Source: Prasinococcaceae sp. CCMP 1430 (Eukaryota > Plantae > Prasinodermophyta). From it: a DNA stretch of 64,000 nucleotides. The stretch lies in NCBI GenBank assembly GCA_013416795.1, contig RQSC01000011.1, forward strand, positions 236,721-300,720, read 5' to 3'. Below are positions 8,508 through 18,819 of this stretch, piece by piece. Within the stretch, counting starts at the first letter, position 1. Every line of letters starts with the position of its first letter. The translations under genes and the position numbers were made by a program. The notes under the pieces are model-generated. The model had not been told where the DNA came from. It searched no databases and saw nothing but the letters and a program-made list of their open reading frames with translations.

Positions 8508-10921
8508 ATGCGGCGCGCGGCGCAGCCGCGCCTCCTCGCGGCCGCCGCGCTCGCGGCGGCCGCGCTCGCCGCCGCTGCGTGGGCGCCCACGCGCGTGGCC
8601 GCTGACGGCAACGCGCAGCTTGAGGCTATCATGGATGAGATGGAACGCATGACCATCGAGCTTAGAGACGAAGTGGAGAAGCAGTACGCGCGGCGATGCG
8701 CGCTCTCCGCCAACTCGTGCAAGGAGGCAGCCTACGAAGGCTGCGTGACCTCGTACACGGACCAGGCCGAGTGCTCGGCTGACTACATCAAAATTGGCGA
8801 GTGCGGCAGCTGCGGCGCTGTGTTTGACTTCACCACCTCGAACGTGCGCATCCCAAAGGCGTACATGAGCAACGGGCCCGGCTCGAGCCCAGACACGCCC
8901 AGCTTGAAGGAGACGGTGTGCTACACGAACGCAATCACCGACTTTATGGTGCGCCAGGCCGAAGAGGTGAAGGCGGGCTCCGTCTTCCAAGAGATACCTC
9001 AGACTTACTTCGGCGCGCACAATGGCCTGTTCCGCTTTTACCCCGCGCGCCAGACGGGAGTGTGCGGTGGCTACGACCCGCGGGTGCGCCCGTGGTTCAC
9101 GGCGGCGTCCAGCGGGCCCAAAGACGTCGTCCTTGTGCTTGACATTTCCGGCTCCATGCACTTTCAGAACAGGTGGTCCCTCGCCAAGCAGGCTGCCATC
9201 GCGGTGCTCAATTCGCTTTCAATCGCAGACCACTTCGGCGTGGTGCTCTTCAGTACGGACGCCAAAATGCTCTCGGGCAGTTCGAGGAGGTCGAGGATGC
9301 AGCTCGCGACGGAGGAGAACGTCAAGAACGCCATCGATGCCCTCGAAAGAGTGACTGTGGGGGGCTCAACCAACTTTCTCGCCGCCTTTAGGCTTGCCTT
9401 CGACGTGCTCGACCACTCAGTCGAGCAGGAGAGCACGTCACGGTGCCACACCGCCGTGCTCTTCCTCACGGACGGTGAGATGACCTATCCCGAGGACGCC
9501 AACGTAGAGGACGTGTACGACCTGGTCTTGTCCCGCAACGCCGAGCACGGTGCCACGCTCTTCACCTACTCGCTGGGAAATGGCGCGGACCGCGTGGTCC
9601 CCAAGAACCTGGCATGCAGCACGGGCGGCATCTGGTCGCCGATTCCGGATGGCGACAACCTCGCCGCGTACATGTCAGCTTACTACAAGCTCTTCGCCAT
9701 CGGCCTCGGCGGCGAAGAGAACAAGGACTTCGTCGCGTGGGTCGAGCCGTACCTTTACGAATCGGGGGAGGACTACGGCACCACAACCTCGGCGCCTGTG
9801 TACGACCGCTCGGTGAGCCCGCCAATCTGGCTAGGCGTCGTGGGGGTCGACTTCACTGTGGGCGCCATGACGCGCGTGGTGGGCGGCTCGGACGCCTACA
9901 GCGTGGTCCTGCAGAAACTGGTCGACACCTCCGTGGCTCGCTGCCCGGCTCTCACCGACACCGATCTCCCCTGCCTCATCGAGAGCCTGCGCAGGGAGGT
10001 GGGCGCGGAATCCTCGTGCAACACGGACAATTGTGCCACAAGCATGCGCACGGAGCCTGAGACGGTGCGCATCGCGCGCTCTCCTTCTGCGCGCACACTG
10101 CTCGCTTCACTCCGCTGCGCGAGTGTTGCGCCCAGCTGACACGCCAGCGCACCCCCCTCGCGCGCGTCGCTCATCCTGCGCCCAATAGTGCGGCGGCGAC
10201 GAGCACTATCCGGTGAACCTTTGGGTGAACCAGGACTTCAAGGACGTCGGCTTTCATGCAATCAAGCCCTACAAGGAGCGCACATGCTGCGGCTTGGGCA
10301 AGGAGGAGGACGCTGAGTTTGGTGGCGGGGCGGGCACATGTGGTAGGCTGGAAGCCGCGGGTATTTCTGACACGGTCGTCTACGTGGTCGCCGCTGTCGG
10401 CGTCGTCGTCGTCTGCATTACCATCTACTCCCTTATGACTCGGTCCCGAAGGAAACGCCGCGAGGCGGTCGCCCAGGCAGGGGCTGGTCCTCCGCAGCAG
10501 CAGGTGCAGGTACGCCCTCGCGCTCAAGCGCCCAGGCGCAGGAAGGCGAAAGGCTCCGAGTGCACTGGATTTGCAAGCGCGTGCCTGAGCTTTCTACAGC
10601 TGACACGTGCCTGTGCGACGCCACGCCACAACAACGCGCGATTCAATCAATCCGCGCACCAAGCAGCCCGGATTCTATCCCTCGACAAGCGCACCCGCTG
10701 CGCCAACCAACGTGCAAATGTCTCATCTTGCGCCCGCCCCGACCGTCTATCTAGGCGCAGGAGCCTCGCAAACCCAGGGCGTCACATACGTCCCCGCCCC
10801 CGCGGTTGCGTCTGACCAGCCATACGGGACCGAGCCAGTCGTGGCCGTCCCGGTGGCGCAGATGCCTGACCCATCGCAGACGTACGCGGCCTCGGCGCCG
10901 ATGAAGCCAGAATATCAGTAG
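8508..10921 (+). CDS. Secreted/single-pass VWA-domain protein, alpha2delta (CACNA2D/CACHD1)-like
   Basis: Signal peptide, YDPRVRPWF..A.SGPKDVVLVLDISGSM (MIDAS DxSxS), LFLTDG, FTYSLG and a Cache-like W.EPY...GVVGVD, then a TM and a Pro/Tyr tail. Exons 8508-10064, 10189-10509 and about 10667-10921. Confidence 0.8.
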
Positions 10922-11086
10922 AGCAGCTCAGACGGCCACCCGTCTAAACGTGCACGGGCCTCGGTCGGGGGCTCCGTGTCCGGGCAGAGAGCAGGACTGC
11001 GCGTGAGCGTACGCGCGCGGTCACGTAAGAATGCATTACCCGCACGCGCGCCCGCTCCCCAGCGCGTGGCATCCCAGGGCGTCACT

Positions 11087-12165
11087 TCACTCGCGCAGGA
11101 GGCTCAGCGGAAGGTACCCACACTGCACCCAATTATCCACAGTCGTCGCGTTGAAGAGCACGCCGCGGGCGTCGCCAGCATAAGCGCTGAGGTTCGCGTC
11201 GCCTTGCTTTGAGTGGTACTGCACGAGCGCGTGCGCCGGGATAAGCAAAGGAGGGCAGGCGCGGTCGCAGCCGCGGCGGTGCCGAGGTGTGAGCGATGGA
11301 TCGTCCCGCGGGTGCGCAGCCAACAGTGTCACGCAGGCCACGCGCGCTCACGCACCTTGATGAAGACCGCACATCCCTCTGGCATCTCGATGGGCACACC
11401 ATCAACATCAGCGCCGTGCAGCTTGCCGCGCGGCAGCCCAAGCGCGTCCGTCCACAGCCGCAGCGAAGCCATGCCCTTATCCTGGGAGGGCGCGCAGATG
11501 CCCAGCATGACCGTATGGCTGTGCGCGGCCGCCGAGATGACTGCTCGCCGCAGGGCCTGCATGCGCGCGGGAGGGAGTGAAGGCGCACGTGGTGCGCGCG
11601 CGACGTCAGCATTACGCCGATGCGAGGCGTGCGCATGGCGCCGCTGCAAAGAGCCGCGCACCTTCGGCTCGCATCCACCCAGCTGCCGGGGCGCTCGACG
11701 CTCGCGCGCGGCGGCCATCTGCTCGGCGTCGAAGCGCGCGAGCAGCCTGAGCGAGTCCGACACCGGCGGCAGCGCTGCACGTGCGGCCTCATCGCCCCCG
11801 AAGAATCCCTCCACCGCTACCTCTCTGTCTCCACTCCCGTCGTCGCCCCCACCCTCGCCCTCGGCTCCCCGCTGCCTCCGCTTCCGCCTCGCTCCGGCCG
11901 CCTCGACAGCGAACGGGTCGCCGGCGTGCGCGCGAGCGGCCGCGCTCCGCTCGCGGCGCTCGCACCGAACCCTGCCGCGCCCTGTGGCGGCGGGGGGCGG
12001 CGCCGCGGCCGAGTGCGCCGCGGCAGCCAGCCCGAGATCCTGTTTTTTGTTTTTGTTTTTATCGGCGCATCCAAAAAAAAAAAAGGCCAAACCGAAAATC
12101 CCTCGCTCGCCCCCCGGCAGAAACGAGGACGAAGGCGAGCACATGAAGGCGTTGGCGGGGAACAC
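11087..12165 (-). CDS. DUF1824-like conserved protein
   Basis: Removing introns 11661-11557 and 11355-11219 joins VMLGICAPS..SLRLWTDALG..VFIK|YHSK..RGVLF..GYLPLSL, which resembles cyanobacterial DUF1824. Start uncertain. Confidence 0.55.
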
Positions 12166-12430
12166 CAGTGGAGTCCGTTTGAATCCGTCACATATGGCAT
12201 ACCATGAGCGTATTCACATCCAATGATCAGGTACGAAAGCATTTAATTAGGGTTCCGTTTCCGCGCTTCGGCGTCGCTTCGCCGGGCGACGTGGGAGCGC
12301 CCGGCGTCCGCTCTCTTTTCTCGCCTGGTCGCCCCGGGCCTGCGCCACTCACACCGCGGAATTCCGGACGCGAATTCCGCGGCGTCGTTCGGGGCCCGCG
12401 CGGGCGCGCGCGGGCCCGCGCGGGGTGCGC

Positions 12431-12706
12431 NNNNNNNNNNNNNNNNNNNNNNNNNNNNNNNNNNNNNNNNNNNNNNNNNNNNNNNNNNNNNNNNNNNNNN
12501 NNNNNNNNNNNNNNNNNNNNNNNNNNNNNNNNNNNNNNNNNNNNNNNNNNNNNNNNNNNNNNNNNNNNNNNNNNNNNNNNNNNNNNNNNNNNNNNNNNNN
12601 NNNNNNNNNNNNNNNNNNNNNNNNNNNNNNNNNNNNNNNNNNNNNNNNNNNNNNNNNNNNNNNNNNNNNNNNNNNNNNNNNNNNNNNNNNNNNNNNNNNN
12701 NNNNNN
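12431..12706. other. Assembly gap
   Basis: N-run hiding the ZEP-like start. Other gaps are 20654-20947, 48163-49047 and 62455-62604. Confidence 0.99.
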
Positions 12707-14098
12707 CCGCCGGCGGCAGCGGCGGCGGGCGCGGCGGCGGAGGCGGAGGCGCCGGCGAGCGCGCCGATGCTCGAGGAGGAGCGGCGGTCGTACATCTACT
12801 CTGGAAGCGGCACCCCGGAGACGCTGCAGTTCTCCCAGCCGGTGCGTGGGGGGGAGCAGCGGGTGGACGCCGACAGGCCGTTGCGCGTCATCATCGCGGG
12901 CGGCGGCCTCGGCGGCCTCGTGCTCGCGGGGGCGTGCCACCTGCAGGGCATGGAGGTGCGCGTGCTCGAGCAGGCGGAACAGTACATGGGCTATGGGGGG
13001 CCCATTCAGGTGCAGAGCAACGCGCTCGAGGCGCTGAAGGACATCTCGGAGGAGCTCTTCACGCAGATGGCGGCGCTCGGCACGGTGACGGCAGACCGCA
13101 TCTCGGGCATCCGCGACGGCAAGACCGGGCGCTGGCTGTGCGAGTTCGACACGCGCAAGCCCGCCGAGGCCAAGGGGCTGCCGCTGACGCTCGCCATCGA
13201 GCGGCCGCTGCTGCAGACCATCCTGCTGCGCCACTGCGTGCCGCCCGAGTTGGTGCACAACAACCGGCGGCTGACGGGGTACACCGAGCAGGAGGACGGC
13301 TCCGTGCTGGTGCGGCTCGACGACGGCACGGGGCTCGAGGGGGACGTGCTCGTCGGTGCCGACGGCATCTGGTCCACGGTGCGGCAGCTGGTGCGCGGCG
13401 CGCCCGTTGAGAAGCGCGGCCGCGAGTACGCGCGCGAGAACGGTGCGAGCTACACGGGCTACGTGTGCTACACGGCCGCGTGCAATCACGTGCCCGATGA
13501 CGTGGACACAGTGAGTTATAAGGTACTTCTGGGGCGCGAGAAGTACGCGGGGCTCACGGACGCGGGCAACGGGCGCTACCACTTCTGGGCGTTCATCGGG
13601 CAGCCAGAGGACAGGCCGCACCCGGAGGGCGTGTCCTACAAGGAGTACCTCGAGCGGGAGTTCGAGGGATGGGTGGATCTGCCGGCGGTGCTGAAGGAGA
13701 CCGAGGATGACGCGATATCCCGGAGGGTGCTGTATGATATGAAGCCGCTGCTCACAGGATGGTCCAAGGGGCCGGTCACGCTGCTGGGCGACGCTGCACA
13801 CGCGATGATGCCCAACTTGGGCCAGGGTGGCAACATGGCCTTCGAGGACGCGCGGAGGCTGGCCGAGCAGCTTGGCGGCGTGCGCGACACTTCGCAGGTG
13901 CCGGCCGCCCTGAAGGAATACGAGCGCCGCCGCGTGGTGCGCTGCGCTGCCTGCCAGGGCTTCTCGCGCTCGGGCTCGGACGTGCTTGGAGAGTACCACA
14001 AGATCTTCATCATCAAGCCGCTCGGCGAGCTCATCGTGAAGTTCATTCAGTGGTCGCAGCCATTCATGTTGCGCTACCTGTACACGCCCGACGTTTGA
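12707..14098 (+). CDS. ZEP: Zeaxanthin epoxidase-like FAD monooxygenase (5' end in gap, no FHA domain)
   Basis: IIAGGGLGGL, GPIQVQSNALEAL, RISGIRDG..G.W..FDT..PA...GLP.T..I.R, LVGADGIWS.VR and LLGDAAHAMMPNLGQGG are ZEP-family signatures. Confidence 0.8.
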   Translation, partial: PPAAAAAGAAAEAEAPASAPMLEEERRSYIYSGSGTPETLQFSQPVRGGEQRVDADRPLRVIIAGGGLGGLVLAGACHLQGMEVRVLEQAEQYMGYGGPIQVQSNALEALKDISEELFTQMAALGTVTADRISGIRDGKTGRWLCEFDTRKPAEAKGLPLTLAIERPLLQTILLRHCVPPELVHNNRRLTGYTEQEDGSVLVRLDDGTGLEGDVLVGADGIWSTVRQLVRGAPVEKRGREYARENGASYTGYVCYTAACNHVPDDVDTVSYKVLLGREKYAGLTDAGNGRYHFWAFIGQPEDRPHPEGVSYKEYLEREFEGWVDLPAVLKETEDDAISRRVLYDMKPLLTGWSKGPVTLLGDAAHAMMPNLGQGGNMAFEDARRLAEQLGGVRDTSQVPAALKEYERRRVVRCAACQGFSRSGSDVLGEYHKIFIIKPLGELIVKFIQWSQPFMLRYLYTPDV

Positions 14099-14731
14099 GG
14101 AGAGGCGGGGCTTGCCGTTGCTGGGGCCGTACATGCCATTGCTGCCGGTGCCTCACTGACGCCCTCCCCCCCCCCCCCTCCTCATCCTCTCGCCGGGGTG
14201 TCATGCAACACTCATGACTTCGCGAGCGTGCGTGTACGCGCGTGGCTTGGTGTACTCGCGCCTGTATTTTTTGGGGCTCGTTTCAGCCCGTAAATATGTT
14301 GTGTCACAGGCACGCACGCGCCGCAGCGCCGGCGAGGCGCTGAGGCGGTGGTGCGCGCCTTCGACTGCTTCGAACCCTCCCACGGCGATCGGAGGCCTCG
14401 CGCGCGCACTTGCAGACGAACGCGCGCGCACAGGTGTGCAAACACGAAGGCGAGGAGTCATGCACGCGCGAGTCAGGCATGCGCGACGGGCAGGCATGTA
14501 CATACAAGACTACTTTACCGCCCGTTAAGCGCGAGCGTCGGATGTCGTGCAAGCGAGCTCAAGCTCGAGCGCGCCGGGCACGCACAGAGGGCGAGGCAAG
14601 CAGGCGCGACCTCCGCGTGGATTCGCTAGGGCACTCACGGGGCCAGCCTCTCAGCGCAACCTCGGCGGAGCAACGCGGCCAGCAGGGCGCGTGCACGTTT
14701 GCCTGCCCCTGCCATCAGCTTGCGCACCCCC

Positions 14732-15330
14732 TCAAGCACCGTAACGCTGCCTCGACGCCGCCACGATGGCGCTCTTGTTGCGCATCACGGCCAGCGCGAG
14801 CGGAACGACTACGCCCAGGAACATGAGCGCCGCACCAAGCGCGAAGCGCGGCCACGGCGGCGCCTCCACCTACCCAATGGCCAGGGCCGAGCGAGTAAAG
14901 TGCACGCGCGTGGCGGCGTAGCGCCACGGGGCAGCGCAGGGAACGTGCATGCCGAGTTAGAGCAGGAACGCGCTCGCGCACGTGCAGCGGGCAGGTGAGC
15001 GAGCACGGGCGGGCCGCCCACAGACGCCCCCGCGCTTGCGGCACGCACCATCTCAGCCGCACAGGTGTTCCGCCGCTCAGCAGCGGTCGCAGCCGCCGCG
15101 CCAGCGCAGCAATGCGACGGGCACGCCCTGCACCGACGCGCGCGGCGAACTCGCCGCCGGGTGCGCGAGCCGCTCCGTCCGCCCACCGCCCGCGCTGCGC
15201 ACGTGCTGTGGCGTGGGCGCGCGCGACGAGACGCTTGGATGCGCATTTTTCTGTTGTGCTTTTGCGCTGCGAGCGCCAGAGCCGGCGCGCCATGCGCGGC
15301 GGCGAGGCACGGCGCAGCCCCGCGGCGCAT
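14732..15330 (-). CDS. Hypothetical small membrane protein
   Basis: Putative intron 15048-14870 (GTGCGT..TAG) joins ...CAAEM to VEAPPWPRFALGAALMFLGVVVPLALAVMRNK...YGA*. The 5' exon and start are uncertain. Confidence 0.35.
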
Positions 15331-15597
15331 GCGAACTGATGTGCGCGCGCGCCGCCCCGGGGCTCGCGCGCGCCCGCGCGCGTCGACCCAGGGTCCAGCC
15401 CCAGACACATCGGCACACACCGAGGCAGCCCGGAGGGATCCCGAAAACACACCCGGGGAAGGTCGTCTGCGGATATTTCCAATGTGGAAACGGGCGAGTC
15501 ATGATCAGGTCACAGATGAGAGGATCGGGCCAGCGTCGCACCGACCGGCGGCCGGCGGCGTGGGCGCGCCGCCCCCCCCCCCTGCGCACCGCTCGGC

Positions 15598-17100
15598 ATG
15601 GCCCGCAGGCGAGGGCGTGGGCAAAGCGCAGGTGAAGGCGGTCGCGGGGGCGGCGCGCCCGGAGGCTTCGCGCACGGAAGGGGCGGCCGAGGCCAACTAT
15701 ACACACAAGGCCGAGGGGGGGGCGGCCGGGGGCGCGGCGGCGGCTGGGGAGGGCAGAGTGGGCGGGGCGGCCGGCGCGGAGGGCAGGGGGGCGGAGGGCG
15801 ATACAGCTCGCATCGGTACTGCAACTTGTGCGACGTCCGTGTCCCGGTGTCGCAATGGAGCTCGCACGCCGCGGGCATCGCCCACCGCCGCGCAGAGCTC
15901 GCGCGCCGGCACTTCCCCGGCACGGCGGAGGTCACCTCCATCTTTGAGAGCGGCCATGGCACGTATGCCGGGCGCCTCCCGGGAGAGCTGACGCTACGCC
16001 GAGCAGAGCGTGCTCTCGCGGACCGAGCCGAGGAAGCGAGCGAGTGGGCACAGAGTGCGGCGCGCAGGTTGCTCGTTGGCGCGTGTGGTATCGACCGCTT
16101 CGCGGAGGCCTTCGCGCCATTCGCTGAGCGTGGCGAAGGTGCACTCCTCGAGCACGCCGCGGCAGCGTACCGTGCGCGGGCGCAGCTCCTCAGTAACCCG
16201 CGCGACCCAACTCCGCTGGTCTTGCGCGTGGGTAACGGCCTGCAGAGTGACCCGGCGTGGGTGTATCGCCGCATTATTGCGTTCGCTGGTCTGCTGGCCA
16301 CCGACGCGGCCGTGAGGCGACGCGAGCGGCCGTGGACGCGCATGGAGATTCGCTGCGCGTGGCCGAGCCGTCTCGTCGCGCAGGCGCGGCTCGTGGCCGC
16401 GCTCGCAGCGCTGTGTGAGGCCGCGCCGGGGAAGCTGGATGCGCTGCATCTGCAAGTGATTTCTGCAAGCGAGCTTGCCGGCACACCCGCCCGCGCGTGC
16501 TCGACGCAGACCGCGTCGTATGGTGGCGGTGGGACAACGAGCGCCGCTGGCGTCGGGGATAGCGGGGGCAGCGGGCGGCGCGTGTGGCGCGTGTTCGAGC
16601 GGGCGCTAGCCGTGGCGCTTCGGAGCGGTGGCCTGCAGGCGGGCACGCGCCTGGTGCAGCACCACATGCGCGATGCTGAGGGTGGCGGCGCTGCCGCAAT
16701 GGGTGACATGAGCCTCGCCGAGGTGCGAGAGAGCGCCCTCTTTGACCCGGCGACCCTGGCGGCCGACCTCGACCGCGCACGCGCCGATGGCCGGCGCGCG
16801 GTGACGGTCGCCGCGCTGCGTGCTTTCGCGCAACTTCCATCCCATATTGCCATGCGCGCGCTCGCGGCAGCTGTGCCGATGGAAGCTGCGCTCGGGCTCA
16901 ACCTCGACCTCGGTGCGCTGCATCCCAGCGTCGCCGCCGCAGGCGGCTCGCGGCCATGGTCGCAGCTGCCTCCGCACGAGACAGAAGTCTCCGCCGGCCG
17001 TGGCTGCATCACCGTGAATGCGCAGCTGACGCGTGGCGCCGTGCGCGCCGCGCTCATCGAGCGTGGACTGGAGGCGCCGCCGCGGCCGACTGCGCCGTGA
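15598..17100 (+). CDS. Hypothetical protein with RGG-rich N-terminus and C2H2 (matrin/U1-like) zinc finger
   Basis: 500-aa ORF with GRGG repeats followed by YCNLCDVRVPVSQWSSHAAGIAHRR (CxxC..H..H). Confidence 0.6.
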   Translation: MARRRGRGQSAGEGGRGGGAPGGFAHGRGGRGQLYTQGRGGGGRGRGGGWGGQSGRGGRRGGQGGGGRYSSHRYCNLCDVRVPVSQWSSHAAGIAHRRAELARRHFPGTAEVTSIFESGHGTYAGRLPGELTLRRAERALADRAEEASEWAQSAARRLLVGACGIDRFAEAFAPFAERGEGALLEHAAAAYRARAQLLSNPRDPTPLVLRVGNGLQSDPAWVYRRIIAFAGLLATDAAVRRRERPWTRMEIRCAWPSRLVAQARLVAALAALCEAAPGKLDALHLQVISASELAGTPARACSTQTASYGGGGTTSAAGVGDSGGSGRRVWRVFERALAVALRSGGLQAGTRLVQHHMRDAEGGGAAAMGDMSLAEVRESALFDPATLAADLDRARADGRRAVTVAALRAFAQLPSHIAMRALAAAVPMEAALGLNLDLGALHPSVAAAGGSRPWSQLPPHETEVSAGRGCITVNAQLTRGAVRAALIERGLEAPPRPTAP

Positions 17101-17146
17101 GCGCGCGCGCTGAGTCGAGAAGACGACACGCGGACTGTACATGTAC

Positions 17147-17925
17147 TTACTTACTCCTCTCTGCCTTCCTCACGCGCACCGTGCCCGACGTGGCGACCGC
17201 GCTCAGGTTGCACATGAGGCGCGCGTCCGGCCCCGCGCCGATGCTGAACAAAGTGTCCTCCTCGCCATCGTCCGCAACGGACAGCAGCTCCTCGCCCTCG
17301 AGCACGTCGCACGCGCAAGTCCCGCACGACGCGCGACCGCACATGAAGGTCACGCCCGTGTGCTCGGCCAGGCTGGGCTGCGCCTGCGAGCATCAAGCCC
17401 AAGCGAAAGGCGCAACGTCGCGCACGCGCCATGTCAGCCATGCACAAAGGGCGCGCCGCGCACGCGCGAGTGCGCGCTCGCGCGCGCGCGCACCTCCATG
17501 TACGTGCGGACGTCGACGCCCGGCGCCATGCCCTGTATTTGCACGTCATCGGCGCCCGCCGCGCCCTCGATCCACATGGTCACCCCCACTCCGTCCGCGC
17601 GGCGCACGGTGATGCGGCAGTCCTTCGGGGGCTGCTGGGATATGAATTGCAGCGTCCAGTCGAGGTAGGTGGCGCGCTCCACGGCCTCGGGGGGGACGGC
17701 GTCTGCCTCCACGGACTGCTCGCCGACGGCCACGATTTGGTCGCCGAGCCGCACCATGCCCGAGGCGGCCGCGTTCGAGTTCTGCTGCACCTCCGAGACC
17801 ACCACGCGCCCGTCGGTGAGCTGCTCGAGCACCAGGCCAAGCGGCTTCTCCAGCGTCATCTTCACATCGCCCGCCTCGGCGGCCGCGCGAGCGCGCGCGC
17901 GCCGCGCCGCGACGACCGCCGCCAT
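17147..17925 (-). CDS. PDZ-domain + 2Fe-2S ferredoxin-domain protein, plastid-targeted
   Basis: KPLGLVLEQ..VVVSEVQQNSNAAASG.VRLGDQIVAV (PDZ). Intron 17493-17384. CGRASCGTC...RLMC is the C-x4-C-x2-C..C ferredoxin motif. Confidence 0.78.
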
Positions 17926-18353
17926 CGCAGGGAGAGGCAGGCGCGCGCCCGCGTGCGCGCTGTGGGCGCGACGGCGCGCGCGCAGCGCACCGGCCGCTCC
18001 CACTGCGCTCACTCTCCTTATCCGAGCGCCGTCACGTGAACACGTTGCCTCAGAAGGCCTGGGTTTTGATGGCACGCGTGCGTTTTGATGGCGAGGTGAT
18101 TTTGCCCCCGTTCGGCGTCGCTTTCGCTTTCGGTTTCGGTTTGCCCCCACCGCGCGCTCACAGCGGTGGGTGCCAGAGCGCGTGCGGCGCGAGCGGCGAG
18201 CGGCTGCTGTGGTCGCCCGCGTGCCGTCCGTCCGCCGCCTGCGTCGACAGTACCTGCACACGTGCCCCTTCCAACGTCCCCACCCCCGCGCACGCGCGTG
18301 CGCACGCGCGCCAGGCGAGGTGCGGGAGTGCGCCTGCGCTGCTGGCGCCCGCA

Positions 18354-18551
18354 ATGACGTCGCGCGACACCGGCGCGTCCTCGGGGCCAGGAGTGCTCGA
18401 GGCGTTCGTGATGGGATCGCTCTGCGTGGCCATGGTGCTCTACCTGCTCAATGGGGCAGCTGAGTATCGCGCGGCGCGCAAGAATCTTAGGGCTGAGACT
18501 GACGCGTGCGAGCGAGAAGCCGACGAGCCACATGCCAGCAAGCGCGAGTGA
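18354..18551 (+). CDS. Putative 65-aa single-TM microprotein
   Basis: MTSRDTG...VLEAFVMGSLCVAMVLYLLNG... lies divergent from the ferredoxin gene, with AATAAA right after the stop. No homology recognised. Confidence 0.35.
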   Translation: MTSRDTGASSGPGVLEAFVMGSLCVAMVLYLLNGAAEYRAARKNLRAETDACEREADEPHASKRE

Positions 18552-18819
18552 CCTGAATAAATCTTTACTCGGCTCAAGCCCTTCTGCTCGTGAATGGCAC
18601 CAGCAGAGACACGCTGGAGGCAAGCAACCAATGGATGAGGAAGCTCGTATCGAGTGTGGTGGGTGCATGTGTGTGTGCGCGCGCGCGCGCGTGTGTGTGT
18701 ACAGTACGTGGGCTCGAGTGAGTGGGTGAGTTGGCGTGCGCCCGTGTGCATCCTGAGAAAGGTGCTGAAAGCATGTAGCTCGTCGCCATCTCATGCGAAT
18801 GGGCCAGCCATCACTCTCC

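Noticed and set aside
11329-12165. N-terminal LAFFFFG...KNKNKK segment as coding
   Set aside because: It derives from T/A runs typical of promoter islands and is probably UTR or intron.
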